Source: Chrysomallon squamiferum (taxonomy: Eukaryota; Animalia; Mollusca). From it: a stretch of DNA of 64,000 nt. The notes beneath the pieces are model-generated. The model saw nothing but the letters and a program-made list of their open reading frames with translations, had not been told where the DNA came from and made no database searches. The DNA lies in assembly GCA_012295275.1 (NCBI GenBank), contig CM022671.1:9238001-9302000 (forward strand), read 5' to 3'. The position numbers were made by a program, and so were the translations under genes. Shown here piece after piece: positions 39,551 through 54,844 of the stretch; the first letter of the stretch is position 1, and each line of letters opens with the position of its first letter.

Positions 39551-42500
39551 CTTTTATTTATAAACATATTTTACAAGGCTGTGATTTGAAGTAAATTATT
39601 TATTTAAAAAAAAAAAAAAAAATGTTGAAATGAGCAGTAGTTTAGTTAGATAAACAGTTAATTTGATTTTTTAATTTATTTTGGAGGTATTTTATTACAT
39701 TTTCTTTTAATCATTGGCTTGTTTTCTTTTTTTTATAATTTTGGTTATAAAAAGATTAGTGCACACAAGCATGGATACCTTAATTTTGTACATAAGATGA
39801 TAAACAATATCTGTATAGAAAAACAACCCCATTATTATGTATTTTGAACAGAGAGGCACAGCTTCAAGGAAAACAGTGTTTTTGTTATTAAAATGAAATT
39901 AATGTTATCCATCTACACAATATTGGAACTGAGCTTATTTCATCAGCAGGTGTATTTTACTACTGTAAGTAATAAAGATGTTGCAGAATACACACGACTA
40001 AATCTAATGAAATTGTTATTATTTAACATACACACATTACTGCCACAGCATTTACTAAAAATAACAGTTTGTGCTATATCAGAAGAAAGATAAGAGATAT
40101 TTAATGTGTTTATCACACTTTTATTATACACAGGCCATTTTGCCCAGCTACAGTCTGTGTAATAAGTATTAAAACATCAGTGGAAAACCATGAAATCCCT
40201 GCAAATACAATTAATTAATGTAATACATTGATATTCTGTGTAAATAAGAATATAATATTAGTCTGTCTGTATAAATGACTTTCTGGGGCTTCTTTTTAGA
40301 AACTAAAATTATGCAAGTCTGTAGATGCAATATAAAAGAAATAGTATATCTTTAACAGATTCTAATTAAATAAAACTAATCATTATACAAGACTGTGATA
40401 ACTTCTATATAAATCAAAATAGTTTGTATAATAAAAGTCTATGACTAGTTAAATACAGTATATTTAATACAAGTTACTGGATTTTCTTTACTAAAAATAG
40501 AAATTAAAGGTATAAACAAACACACACACATATACATTAGATTTAACAATCATTCTAAAGGATATTTTAAATTCAAATATTAAATTTTATTCTATAACAA
40601 TTCCAAAAATTAGGATTAAAGCACATTAATCAAATGAATTTAAAAAATTATATTTTTATTATTATTTTCTTCCCTTTTTTTTTTTGGTTGAAATAATCAA
40701 ATGGTGATATAAAATATTTAGCCAATAAAATGATGCAAAAGAATTGTATGATTTTGTGATAATTTTTCATCCAGAGCAGAATCCAAATTTAAAAACAAGA
40801 CAATGCTTTATTATTCACTCTGTGAGTGAAGACATTAAGACAGTGGTATGGAAGTTTTCATTCTTTTATCAACTGACTGTCAAATGTTGCTAAAAAAAAG
40901 GCCTCAATATTGACAAGTTAAAATTGCAGAAGTCCAGTAATGAAGTATTATAGTGCTAAACATTCATCTTTTCTTACAGATTATTTTATTTATTCAATCT
41001 TATCCTTTCTGAATACAGACTTGTTATAAAAACTGATATCTGAAAACATGAATTACAGATCAAATAATGGTGGTGATCTTAAAATTTAGCCAAATTTTAC
41101 ATGGAGAAGCATTTTCTGTAAAGTAGTCTTATCAAACAGTTAAAAAGATTATTTAGATGTTGTGCTATTCACAGTATTTCAAATTGCAGCTATAATTTAG
41201 ACATTTAGGTAAAACAGATTCATATGTCTTGTAATTTTAGAAGAGATATTCCATTACCAGATTTTGATTTGAAACTATCAAATTCAAATCCACAATGTGA
41301 AAATTTTCTGTTAAATAATTTTGTCAACTTTTGAATCATAAATTTTGTTTAACATAGACTTAATATAACTGCTAATATACTGTAGTTTGATCAACACAAT
41401 TAAAAATATCATAATGAATATTTTTATGATTTAAAACTTTCTTTATCCTTTCAACTTTTGTTTTAACAAATGCCACTAAAATTATTCTCTGATCTACCTA
41501 AATTTACTAATATTTTATACTTGTCACTAATTTCTGATTTGCAGCATTAGTTGAGATATATCTTGTTAGTAACAGCTTAAACAAAGACAACAACTGGTTT
41601 AAAATCTTTTACTATAAATTGAAGTCATTAAATATATGAGAAGTTAATATTTGATCTGGTGCATGAAGCCCTGCATCTTATCCAAAAGTGCTATTTTAAT
41701 CATAATGAAAACAAAATGATGATGATGATTATGATGATGATGATGATGATAATAATAATAATAACAATAATAATCTTAACAACAACAACAATGATGACCA
41801 TATTAATAATATCTTTGTCATCATCATCACCATAATAATAAAGGTTTTATTAACTGTTACATAATCAAAATAAAACAAAAATGCTGTTCAGTATTTTAAT
41901 TATGTTTTAGTCTCAAACAAATTTATTCTTATTCTGACTAATCGTATTTGCCAAATGTTTAATTTATGTTGTAATGGAACATTTTAAATCTGGTATGTGA
42001 AAAATTTCTTTATGATTGCAAATAATTATCTTTAATTTATAACAGTTTAATAATAACATTTTAAATTATTATAATTATTATTATTATTACAGTAAGAAAG
42101 AAAATACTTTATTTAATGCATCATTCAGGGCTATTTATAAACAAATACATGATATCCAATATAATAATAGATATTTTTCTCTATTATACAGTGGACATAG
42201 CGTAATCATAAAGGTACCCTAGATAAGCCCTTATATATAGTATTATGTTCCCAAGTAAGTTTAAGTAAGCAAATGTAGATAATCCTTTCGTGTTCATGTC
42301 AATAAAAAAAACAAAAAAACAAAAGAAAACAAAGCAACGCAAAACAAAATAATGTAGATAATTATTTTCATGTAGTGGCCTCATATATTTATTTTCATAC
42401 ATAGAGGCTTCATTATATCTTCATCCATCCATGCATATAACTAGTTTGTTATCACAATACATGTAATGACATCCTAGGCAACTTTCTAGTATAGAGTTAG

Positions 42501-44578
42501 CAGACCCTTTTTGACTATGTTTTCTTACTGGAATTATGAATATAACCAATTTTATGCTAATTGTTTAATTTAACTGGTATTTTATGAATACTGAAATAGA
42601 GAAAGAAATGTAAATATGTATTTGTTATGGAGGAGATATCATTTTCATAATCATCATAATCATAACATTATTATATTAAAAAAAAATAAACTGAATGGAT
42701 AAAGAAAAAAATAATTATTATTTATGGGTGAAGTATTAAAATCTAGTAAATGATCTTCAATAAACATTGTTCTAGTTCCATTTGTAGAATACCTCTGATG
42801 TAGCAAATGCATCAACAAGGAATTAGAAACTATTTTAAAAACTGTATTAATCTTATTCAGGATTATACTAGTTTTCTTTTTGTACATTACATTAATTTTC
42901 ATACTAGATGTTTCCTTGTATTTGATTTTCTACAAGAACTTAGCTTTTATTCATTTATAAATGTTATGTTTTTCTTCTATTTTTAAAATAATAACTGAAC
43001 CTTGTTGCCTTTTACTGTTATGAAAATGTGAAGACAGTGAGTGGTATAAAGACAGAGGTGTGATATTTGTTATTATGGCTGTGTTGATGGGGAATTATTA
43101 AGTTTGTGTTATGTATTGTCAATGTAGAATCAGACATGCCACTGATGTATATGTTTTGCTTAGTATGGCAGCCTGTAGATCGGTGAAACTCATCCATCAA
43201 CAACTCAGGTAAAACTGAGCTTTATTTTTAATTTGGTATGGAAATAATTTGGGAGATTGTTAGAGAAAATGCTACTGGATATAAGCCTTTAAAAGTCTTG
43301 TGAATAAACTACATTCTAAATACATATATATATCCCAACTTTTTCTTTAAATGAAATTGTTCACATAAGAAAGAAGAAGAAAAAAAAAAGAGACTGGAGT
43401 ATAATATATTTTTATTTAAAATATATAACATAACACTATTAATATTGAAATTTATACATGATACATTTTAATTTTAAAATTTTGTTTGGCTTGAAATTAT
43501 TCAAAAGACAATATACTGAAAAAGTTACATTGTACAGCTTTAAATTTGTGAAGATAGAAAATTAAATGTTTATTATTTGAATATATTTTTAAATTTGTTT
43601 CACATGAAAATAATCATTTACAAAAAGAAAAAAAGAATAGGGTATTAATTATTTGATTTCAGAACATCTGATTATAACTATCAATAATATTAAGATCCAA
43701 ATATGTGGTATTCATCATTTGAAGTATACATCCATTTTTTTCACTTGAAATATATTTATATATTTAAAAAAAATTAATAAACAGAAAAGGGAACTACACT
43801 GACCTAAATAATTCTGTTTAATGTGAAACATAAATAGTATTAAAACATGAGTGCATGTTATTCATCATTATCTGCTTTCACTTCCATTTTTGCAAAACTA
43901 ACAAACAGGTATCCGATAAAAGGAAATGACAACAGATTTTTCCGTGGTAACTCAAAGAAAGCAATTAAGGGTAGATTTCATTTAGATGATCTATAGGATA
44001 AAAATGCAGTCTCTTGAATTATTTGGATGTATTTGTAAATATGTTATTCCGATGCACGTTAATAAAAAAAATTGAAAACTTACACTTGTATTTTTTTTAT
44101 TTTTTTTTATATGTTACTGAAAGATGATGAAATGGCTGGACAACACAAAACTCTTTACTTAGCAAATACTGATTACAAAGTTGGTTTCCATATCTTACAG
44201 TCACAGATGCAGGATTAACACTAATGGCATACCACTTACTGTTTACGTAGCTTGTCACTTCTCTTTAGATATTTTTGTTTTATCTTTCTTCTTGTGGAAA
44301 TAACCGTGGTTTAAGTAAGTCAGTTATTAAAGATGAAGATTATAAACTGCATGTGAGTAATAAGATGGTGTTTGTCTGGTTGAAAAGTGGTCATTAAACT
44401 GTAGAATAATTCCTGCAACTTAATTTTACTAAAATATTAAAAGTCATTTCAGGATTGTCAGACATATAATATCTTTTTTTTATAATTATAAATAATTTTA
44501 TTTACATGTAAATATTATATTTAATAGCAATCATTATTTATCTATACCTGAAAGTTTGTTTTATGTACGTGTGTACGA

Positions 44579-44581
<3 letters not shown>

Positions 44582-44630
<49 letters not shown>
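44582..44630. repeat. (TA)n microsatellite
   Basis: Direct reading. Confidence 0.95.
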
Positions 44631-44633
<3 letters not shown>

Positions 44634-47600
44634 TGTGACTGTGTTTGTGTATATATTTTTGTGTGTCTGTGTATGTATATATATATGTATCTCAGTTAAT
44701 ATATTAAAATATGCACATAAAAACAAATATTAAAAATTACTTGACAAAAATAAGTGTATCATGTAAGGACAATCACACAAGAATGACAACTTGTGAGGAT
44801 CACATTACAATGTTCTAACAGTTCTGTGAATATAATAACTGTTAATTTCAGCACTTTTGTCTGTGTGTGTCATAATAATACATAATGATATACCATAGCA
44901 AATAATCACTGGGACTCAAAGATAAATGCAAGCACTGCTAGTGACTGCAGACAAAGGGAATAATAATTCTGAATGGTTAACACAATGGAACTTCCACTGT
45001 GTGGTCATGTATCTGCCTTCATTAACAGCATCAGGTCATTTTGAATGAAAACAATATCCCTTGTGGAACGATTACAGTAACATGGCAACATTGGTTATGA
45101 TGGCTGGCTTGTGCATGTGTCTCTTGTGTGTTCAAAGCTGGCCAACTCTGTCTATTTCAAGCTCTTAAGAGATTAGGATAAAATGAAAGGAATATACAAT
45201 GATACTCAGTGGTTTTTAACTAGGTGCAAAATCCAGACAAGGCAAATAATTTTCTGAAGTGTTTGGGGAGGAAAAGAAATCATAATGGGTTGTCCTTGTA
45301 CTGATAACTTATAGTGGTAAATGTTTGTAAAGGAAGAGATTACTAAGGTAATGATGATGAAGAAGTTGCAAGTATTTCAGAATTCTGTACCACGAATGTA
45401 AAATGTAGTTTACTGAATATATATAGAAATAAAATGGACTTCACTTTTACAGGATATGCTGACCAAAATAAAATAGATACTTAAAGTCTATTAAGAGAAA
45501 TGCCATTAACAGAAAACAAATTTTGATTTAAAGTGCAGAATAATGAGTGCAAAAATGTTATATGCAAATTCATTCTAATTGTCATGTTAAAAACTGAAAT
45601 CATGACTTATTCATTAATGATTCAGTATCTTTATAGTTAAAAAATCCAAATTTATATCAAGAATTTTTTTTTTAATCTTTGAGATGATCATTCCAGACTC
45701 TTTAATCTAAAACAGTCATTTGTGTCTGCAGTTTTTCACATCCAGAAGACTCTCAGTTCAAATCTCAATTGATTTACTTATTTCTTTACCCTCAAACAAT
45801 TCAGTAGGAATTCTTTCATTAATGTTCCTCTGAAAGTTCTTTGTCAAATGCAGACATGCAAATGACAAAATTGCCTCACAGACTGTATCAAGTTAAAATC
45901 AAACTGAAATAATATGCAAATTTACAAGTGGACCATATACAGGACTGTAGCCTTTTACTACATTGGAAATATAATAAGTATAGCAGAACTTAACGAAGTC
46001 ATACAATCATGGCTGTATTTAATGATCTCTCTTTTCACAGCTACCAATTTGGTGTCTGACAGACAGATTGGCACAGAGATAGGAGTACAGACAAACTGGC
46101 AGCAGGCAATGTGACACACAGATTCAAAAATAGATAGGCACCAACATGAATAAAATAGTACATCTGAAAATGTAAACAGTTTCCAGTGACTGGCAGAACT
46201 TTTTTTATCTCAATATACATCTGACATATAATGTTGTATGTATTCACTGAAAATAGGTACTTAATTTCAATCAATCAATACAGAGCTATTATTTTATCTT
46301 TTGTTGGAAAATAATATCATTTACAGGTGACTATGATAAATGGTGGCTTGCTCTGAAATGTCTCAACAACTGGGCCAAGATCAAAATATAGTTTGTATGA
46401 AAGAATGATAGAAAAAACATTAGAAAATGAAGCAAATATTGTAAGGTTCCCTAATGACAGAAATAAAATACATATACATTTTTATTATTATTTTTTTTTA
46501 ATTACTAATGTAAAAATATTTCTAGGTAAATATACAAGTTGTTTTCTATGATAAAAGAGAAAGGTATGTAGTTTCTTCTATGAATGTTTATGTATAAAAA
46601 TGTCTGAGCTAAGACGAAACTAAACATCTGCAATACATGTTGTTGTGTTCACAAAAAAGTTATCAGATTAGATATAGTGAACATCACAGCATTCACTAAT
46701 GATGAAAAAAATCCACTAAAACAACAACAATGAAACCAAACAAAAATAAATAATAATAAAAACTAAAAAATACACCAAACATAGTAAACAACAAACAAAC
46801 TGAGTTAATAAGTGGGCCATAACCAAACACATATGTAAAAATATGTTTCGTTTGTAAGAAAATATTTATAGAAATTATGCTAATTAATGTATTCAATAGT
46901 ATCAGATCCTCCAATGACAAAAATACCCACCTGAAACAAAGCAACATTAATAAATAAAAACAGAGCTAGCATATAAATTATGTCATTAGGTATGGAGTGA
47001 TAAATACATTTTATAATTTTTAATAATAATAATAATAATAATAATAAAAAGAAAACCTTTCTAAAATGATGGAAATTAATATTACTGAAGTAAAACTGTC
47101 ATTATATCATTATCATTGGAACTTTGCTTTGCTTAATAAATGAGTAAATTGGCAAATTTCTGGAAGGAAAACATTTTCTAACAGTCATATTAATTTTTTT
47201 TTCTGTGTGCATTCTACATTTTTTTAAACATGCAATGCATACATGAGGATTCTGCTGACTTTTCAGAAATTTAAAAAGTATCTGCATGTTGTCTTTTTTT
47301 ATTTTTTTTTATTTTTTAGAGCTAGTCTTCTAATTAAAACCTGTTTGACTACTGTTAATGTTGCAGCAGCAATTTCTGTATCAGTTTTTAAATCAGTATT
47401 GATGACTACTGTCAAAGAAGAAGAAACACTGACAGTTGTAAGAATATGAAAAATTCATAGACTTTAACAAGGTTTGTTTATGATAAATTAGAAAGGAAGA
47501 TATCAACTATTTAAAAACAAATCTTGTTTCACTTAATTTCATTATTATAAATAAATATTTCTATTATATAATATTGCTGTTGAGTATCAAACCTGCATGA

Positions 47601-48689
47601 AAAGAAGAAGAAAAAAAAAAAAAAAAGAAAAGAAAAAAGAATACAGGAAAAAAAATATCTGAAGAGGTGACATTTAAAATCTTCCCATTTTATTAATTAC
47701 TGATATTTGCATGTAAACATAATCTGAGATTAGTCACAGCTGATTAATGACATTTTAAAGTTTATATAATGACAGATTAACTTTAATTAATGACATTTTA
47801 ATTAACTGTAAGGATGGATTAATTTGTCGTGATCATTATTTTCCTGTAATTAAATTCACCACTCATCCATGTTACGTAAGCAAGACAAACTAATTATTGT
47901 GATTTTCTAAAATTGCTTTCTGAGTCTTTCAAACAAACCAAAGCAAATGTTAGAGTGAACTGAGTGGTGGAATCAATCTTTTATTTCTTTTTTCAACACA
48001 AAGAGGGAAATTAAATAAACAACATTCCACTCTGACCCACATGTCAAAAGAATAAAAAAAGTATAATACAAATAAATCATAATTTTAAAAAGAAACCTCT
48101 ACATTATTTTGAAAACATGATGAAAACAATAACTAGAATTAGAAGAAGAAGAAGAAGAAAAATGTGATTTAATGATGGTAAGGAAATATATATTCCCTTA
48201 TTTCACATTCCATCACTGAATTTCTTAACTATTTTCCAAATAAAATCTGATTGAAGCAAACAAGAAAACTATAAATGTTATTGGGAGGTATGATTGAATC
48301 ATAAATATCTATTTTTAGTCAATATAAAACCTATAAACTAAGTCCCATCATTGCATGTTAAGAATTATATACTGTCTGTAGGAAATTCTTCTATAAAGGA
48401 AACTCATATTAGTTTGTGCTTTAGTACTGTCCAGGGTAAACTAAAATCACTGGAAAACTAATTAAAGTCATAAAGTGTGTGTGTGCACAAGGGATAAACT
48501 GATTACGATCAGGAATGAAAAAAAAAAAAGAGTTCCTTGTGCATACCAAGAAAGCTTTAATACAGTTGAAATTACTCACCATTTTATTGATCATTACCAT
48601 GCCATTTCTTAACAAATTGACATGTATTCTTCACCTGCAAATCAGACATGTGTCAGAAGATGAATTTTAAAAGAGTGCAGTTGGATGGG

Positions 48690-49260
48690 TAACAGGGAAT
48701 TGGATGGCAGACAGGGAAGTTGGATAGGAAATTGGTATGGATGGATGAAATGGTCAGGAATACACAGGTAGATGGTGGATGTGTGAAAGATGGATAATTA
48801 ACTTCCAGCTACAAACAAGTTTAAAAAAAAAAATATGACTAAGTTTCAAACAAAGGAATTAGGTGGGTAAATAGGAAAGAAAACTAAATAGGAACTTGGT
48901 ATAGATATATGATATGTAACAGTTGGGTTTATAACTTCATCTGCAAACCAGCTTGGCTTTAAAAGATGAACTAAAAAAAATAAAAAATAAGTATTTGAAA
49001 AGGAAAAGGAGATGGGAAATATTGGATGGGAAGCTGGTATAGATGGATGAAGTGCTTGTAGATTATATGAAGATGTAGTGACACACAGCTATATATCTTC
49101 GGTTTGTATTAAAAGATGTTTAGTAATTCAAAGGAATTTGACAGAAGAGACAAGTAAGGTGTTAATCAGAAAACTGACAGAAGCTTAGATTAATAGATAA
49201 AATAGTTATGTAAATGTGGTAATACAGAGATGGATAATTATGTTCTAAATGCAAATAAGA
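48690..49260. repeat. Highly degenerate G-rich tandem repeat (period about 140-170 bp)
   Basis: GGAA.(C/T)TGGTAT(A/G)GAT blocks at about 48727, 48891 and 49029; ATAA(C/T)T...(T/C)(A/G)CAAA blocks at about 48795, 48931 and 49234. Confidence 0.45.
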
Positions 49261-49278
49261 CATATGTTAATGGAGATA

Positions 49279-49459
49279 CTGGGTTAGAACATTTAGACCG
49301 GTTCATCACTCAGAAAGTTCTGAGAGGATGGAATCATGAAGGTGCCTCAAAGTGGAACAAAACTGTACATAATTACATGGTTAAATAAATCTGTACAAAT
49401 ATCTAAGTGTTGTCTTTGAATTTCATTTAAAAACACTATGAACTTTTGTTCCAGCTCAA
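49279..49459 (+). mobile_element. Mariner internal-deletion derivative (MITE-like) with both TIR remnants and flanking TA
   Basis: Left end TA|CTGGGTTAGAACA; right end GAACTTTTGTTCCAGCTCAA|TA (reverse complement TATTGAGCTGGAACAAAAGTTC). The interior encodes a broken mariner C-terminus EHLDRFITQK/F*EDGIMKVPQ/VEQNCT, compared with the typical HLDQFF..K..FWEDGIMKLPERWQKVVEQNG.Y. Confidence 0.75.
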
Positions 49460-51469
49460 TATTTTAAAGCAAACAAATCAGATAAACAGGTGAGAATGGT
49501 AAATACACTTGTACACAGAGTGCTATTTGGACAGGTGATAAGATAAACTGATATGATAGCCAATATTGTGTACTCAGATGTATATGTGTGTGTATTAATA
49601 TAGTGTGGATAACAGTCAGTGTGTTATTCCTGTACCTATTTACCTCTGACAGCTGATATAATTACAATGTTCACTGATTTCCATGCATGGTTAATTGATG
49701 GTATTAGACAGTGAATATATTTTATATGGGAAATCATGTCTGGATGTGTTCGTGTGGAACAAATTTAGTTGTTAGATATATAAGACTTGTTCTATTATCA
49801 GATTTGGCATTGACGTGACTATATCAGATGTGAAAACAGATCATATCCAGGCAGTACTCAAGATTACATCTATGTATAAATGAACAATTAAAATAACAAA
49901 CAAACAAACAAAAAATAAATAAATAAATAAAAAATCACATAACAGTTATTCTTGTATACTATCAGAATTTATATATTTTTAAAAACACCCCTCAAACAAA
50001 ACAACTATAAGTTGAATTATAAATCTTATTTTTACAAACTTTAGAAAGTTTAAATAAAGTAAGAAGCAAAGTAGATTTTTAAAGTTTAAAGAAGTATATA
50101 GATGTATTACAAACATTCTTTAAATTAAATTGTGTACTCTACAGCTTTTTCCTATAATAATGATTTCAACTAAGTTTAGACACTAACTAACTGCTTTACT
50201 CTGAATAGAAACTCAAGCCTGTAATTGTGATATCCAAATTAGAGAGCGACTTTCTTTAAAGAACATTGTCATACAAAAATCACTATAGTAATAAAAGCTG
50301 TTTTTTGTGTGAATACATCTGTACAAAAGGCAACTCTAAATATAGAGATTGTGTACAGCTACAGACCAACTGGAAGAAAAATCAATGACAACTCAAAGGA
50401 AACTTTCCAAATAAAAGTGGCATATTAATTTAATATTTGGTGTGCAATACATCTTTTATATAAGCTGGTATTATTAACTTGATATTTACACCTCATGACC
50501 CATAAAGCTTTTACTGCAACTTTTTTGTTGTTGTTGTTATTAACATGTAAGTCTTGTAATTTGGAATTCCCATGTAGCTGACTTGAAATACTGAGACACT
50601 GTAAGACAATGGATACAAACAACAACAAAATCCTTTCATGTTTTATATCATTATTGGATTTGGATGCTATAGAAGAAGAAGACAGAAAAAGAACTAAGCA
50701 TTTTTGAAATAAGTTTTGTTAATCTTGTTTTGCAGGCAACACCTTTGGCATTCATAAGACATCAGTCAATTTGCAAGTCTTTCTGCCTTTTCATCTAAAA
50801 TAAATGCAAAGTGATGAAAATTTTATAGGATATATTTTTCTTTGATACAGATGAATATTATTGAATATAAAGTTAAAATGATGTGTGTGTGTGTTTGTGT
50901 GGTAATATTTTTGAGTGTATGTTTAATATATCTGCGTGTGCATATTTCATCATTTAAAATATAAATATTCCCTGTGCAGATGTTCAGAAAAAACATATTA
51001 CTAAAGAACATTTACTTACTCATTTATCATATTTTACTTCTATTTTAAAAATTTTTTTTATATCTACAGTACAGAATTAAATTATTCAAAATAATCTGTT
51101 TTATAAATATATTCATCTTTTGTATTTCAAAATTATTACTTATACCTGTCATACTGAATTTATATAAAAAGATACAGAAATAAACTATTAAGAAAAACAA
51201 AGAAAATATTTTTTTTTTACAAAGCATTTATTTTTAAAGTAATTAGTTGGCATATCCAGTTATGTGTGTTTTCACATTATGAACAATAAGACAAAAACCA
51301 TTGTAAGTGTTTTAAAAATAAACCCATTTATTAATGTCTCTTATTTCATAAACTCATTTGCCTGAACAGTATCTATTTAATCTTATTTCTTCCTTTAAAA
51401 AGCAAAAAAATAAAATCTGGAATAATCAGATTTTATAACTGCTTTCTAATACTGTAAATGAATTTGATG

Positions 51470-51780
51470 ACACCAGCTTAATGGTTGCTGGATCAATCCT
51501 TAGCACTTCCATTAGGTTATTCCTGCTCCAGCTAGAACAGTATAACTGATATTAAAGGCAATGGTATATAAATTCATTCTCTATCAGCTACTGGCTGTTA
51601 AATATTTTGATATTTAAATAACAAAAGAAATAACTTTTAATTTGCATTTTGTCAAAATAGAAAAACATACACTATATGGCTGTTGATTGGAGCACTGGAT
51701 AACTACATCAATAAGGCAGATGAAGAAATCTGATCCTATGACCCATCACATCTGAAGTGAAAATCTAAGCAACAAGCTTT
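51470..51780. mobile_element. Two decayed SINE-like remnants in opposite orientation
   Basis: The plus-strand GGATCAATCC...ATTAGGTTATTCC...TTAAAGGC block (about 51485-51570) resembles 28835-28940. The 51620-51775 block reads as the reverse-orientation copy (...GAGCACTGGAT...TGATCCTATGACCCATCACATC). Both resemble a dispersed repeat recalled from gastropod genomes. Confidence 0.4.
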
Positions 51781-51958
51781 TGTTTACTCCCTGAACTGAA
51801 AGTTAATTCTTTTCTGACTTTTTAAGGTTCATTAATTCATTTGCTTGGTTTGGCTATGTGGTTTTAATTTTTGTGTGTTACAGAGAAAGAGAAAAGTAGA
51901 CAGATACTGCATGTGAGAAAGATTAATGCACAAAGATAGAGAGAAAAGTGAAAGAGTG

Positions 51959-51961
<3 letters not shown>

Positions 51962-52013
<52 letters not shown>
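51962..52013. repeat. (GA)n microsatellite
   Basis: Direct reading. Confidence 0.95.
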
Positions 52014-52015
<2 letters not shown>

Positions 52016-54844
52016 CAGAAAATTAGCTGTTTTAGCCATATGAAATTCCATATTTGTCTGATAGTAAAGAGATCAAAACTGTTCCTTATTAATTATTACT
52101 ACTGTAATTTTCAGACAGTCTAAATGAAATGAAAACACACAAATGAAATAAGACCTGTAATCACTAGGCTATTTCACAAATCCCTTCATTAATTAAAAAT
52201 ACTTTCTCTTTTCACAGAGTGCAGTTCAAGCTTTAATGTATTATTTACCTTATTAACTTATGCTGTTTAAGGACATTTAAGTTTCCTTACTTCACACACA
52301 ATGGTGTTACATATCAGTGGCAACCAGGACAGAATATGTTTTCACAAAGATAAGCTGGCTCAGAGAAAGAAAAAGAATGACAGAAAGAGAATGAGTGAGA
52401 GAGACAGAATTAAAGAGAAATAAAGTCAGAATGAAGGAAAAAGAGTAAAGGAGGGAAAGAAAGAGAGAGAAAAAGAAACAGAACAAAAGAGAGAGAATTC
52501 TAATTTGCTTATTTATGCCTGCAAAAATGAAGTGTGGAAAAGCTTGTTTTTAAAATGTAGAAATGGAAATAACAATATCGGTTAAAGACAGAGATAAGAT
52601 GTCTATTGAGTTCAGATATTTATGAGACCAAAAGATTATAAACATAACATAACAAAAGTTAACGTTCACTTTATCTTTCTTTAAATCTATCCCATTGTTC
52701 TGCATTTCTATGCTTATGATTCTGACAAATGTGAATTTCATTCTTTCTAGATTAAAACCAAAATTGCTTCCTGGTTTTAATTTTTTAATTATTATTTATT
52801 ATTCTTGTCAATGAAAAATTCTCTCCTTTATATTTTCTACTAAATTCTCAGATTATCAATTCTAAATACTTTATCAAAAATGATTACTTAATTTTAACAA
52901 GTAATAATAAAAAAAAAAAATTTAAACAAGAATTACAACAAATAGTTGCAGTATTATTATTTTTTTTTTTTCTTACTTTTCAGGCAGGAAAAATTGGTTA
53001 ACTATGTTTATTTTTTTCTCCCAGTGTAAAAATTCAAACTTCTCAAACTTCAAAATAAAAGCCAGAATGAAAAGTTAAACTTTTTTTTATTATTATTTTT
53101 TAAATAGATTTCTAATGTTCACCAAACCTTTGATGACCCAATTAGCTCAACATGATACATTAAAATAGCTGTTGGCTACTATAAGAAACATGTGGACGTT
53201 TTTAAAAGCTGGTACCACAGTTAAGCCATGTATTTATTTGACAGTCGTCTCAAATGTCATCTTATTGATTTTCAGAAGGTGTTCAAATTACAAGCTTTTC
53301 CATCAAAATAACTCTCAAAATGGCTGTATTTTTTAACACAGCTAGGTGAGAGAAAAAGTGAGAGAACAGAAATAGAGAGAGAAACACATACTGTGAGAGT
53401 GTTCTGATGTGGAAAGAATTCAATAGTGAAGTTGTAAGTTGTGTCAGTAATAGACATACAGAAATCAGCTAATATAAAGACAGACAGACATAGATATACA
53501 TAATTATATGCTAACATACACACACACACACACACACACACATACAAGTACACAAACACAAAGGTAGATAAATAAATCAACAGCAAACAGGAAAGAAAGT
53601 GTGAGAGAAAGAGTCTGTGTTCATGTGTGTGTTCATGTGTGTTGTCAGTGTGAGAAAAACCTAAAGAGAAAGAAACAAATAAATGGATTATTAGAGTCAG
53701 AAAAGACAGAAAAACAGAGTAGTCAAGCAGTGGTTTCAGCATCATACAAGAAACCCATCTCAATATTTAAAAGTTGAAATATGAATCAATACAAAAATTA
53801 AATTACTGAAATAGAAATGAAAAATAAAAATAAATACTTTTAGGATTATATTATCAGCATTAATTTCTGAGTGAAATAAAATCAAATAAAGGCAGGGAGA
53901 GAAAAAAACTGTTTCTCGAAGTGATATGGATTATAACAGTTCATGAGCGAAATTTAATTTTTACGTCATTAGTTACACGTAAGTTGATTTTATGATGTGT
54001 TTGGCTGAACTCAAGAAATAAAAAGCTCAAAACATTTTAAGATATCCTGTATGCTGCAAATTTCAGTATATCCATTTGCTTTTTATGAGTCCTGTTTGTT
54101 AAAGATGTAAATTTTATTTAATAATCTTTTCAAATTATAAAAATTTGATTGAAAAACCAGTTGAAGATACATCTTTATTAGCTGATTCATTTGTTAGTTG
54201 TCTGTGTCAGAAGATTTTATGTAGGTGCATAAATTTTAAGACAAAGAATTTTTTTTTAAAATTCATTATTTGCTCACTTGTTTGTTGGGAGTCTGTGTAA
54301 GATGACTGGTTGGGTGGGTAAATCTTCAGACACATTGAAATAAAGAAACCTAGAACAAAATTATTATCTGCTCACTCATTTGTTCAGTGTCTGGGTGTGA
54401 AAACTGCAGAAAGTCAAAACAGACATACTGAAAATGAGATAAACAGAATGGACAGACAGACAGCAGACAAGTATGTAATTTTATACATTAACACTTCACT
54501 GTGACATACACAGACATAGTATAGAGATGGCTTGTTACAAGAGACATCAAAAGGTTTAGTATTGTTATATATGTTAAAATGGGTATTCTTCAACCAGAAG
54601 GTTTGCTTCTGCTTTGATGCATGAGCAATATTAACAGTACTGTTGTATATAAAATAGAGTTAAACTTTATCATATTGCATAATACTTTATCACATGGTAT
54701 ACTTGTTTATCGTGTGACATCTTCTATATTGAAAAATGAAGAAATATTTTATTTAACTGTGATTTCAGTAAATTTTGAATTATTTATATGTTTAAGGATC
54801 ACGAGAAAAGAATCTTGCCAATGCATTGAGTGCACCTTCTTTTA

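Noticed and set aside
39545-39622. Retrogene origin of the GPCR (intronless CDS, AATAAA, then an A-tract)
   Set aside because: A-tracts of this length are common throughout the window, no target-site duplication is visible, and intronless CDSs are common among class A GPCRs.
53272-53763. 163-aa minus-strand ORF
   Set aside because: It is derived from GA/CA low-complexity sequence (VCVC and SLS runs) and has no domain.
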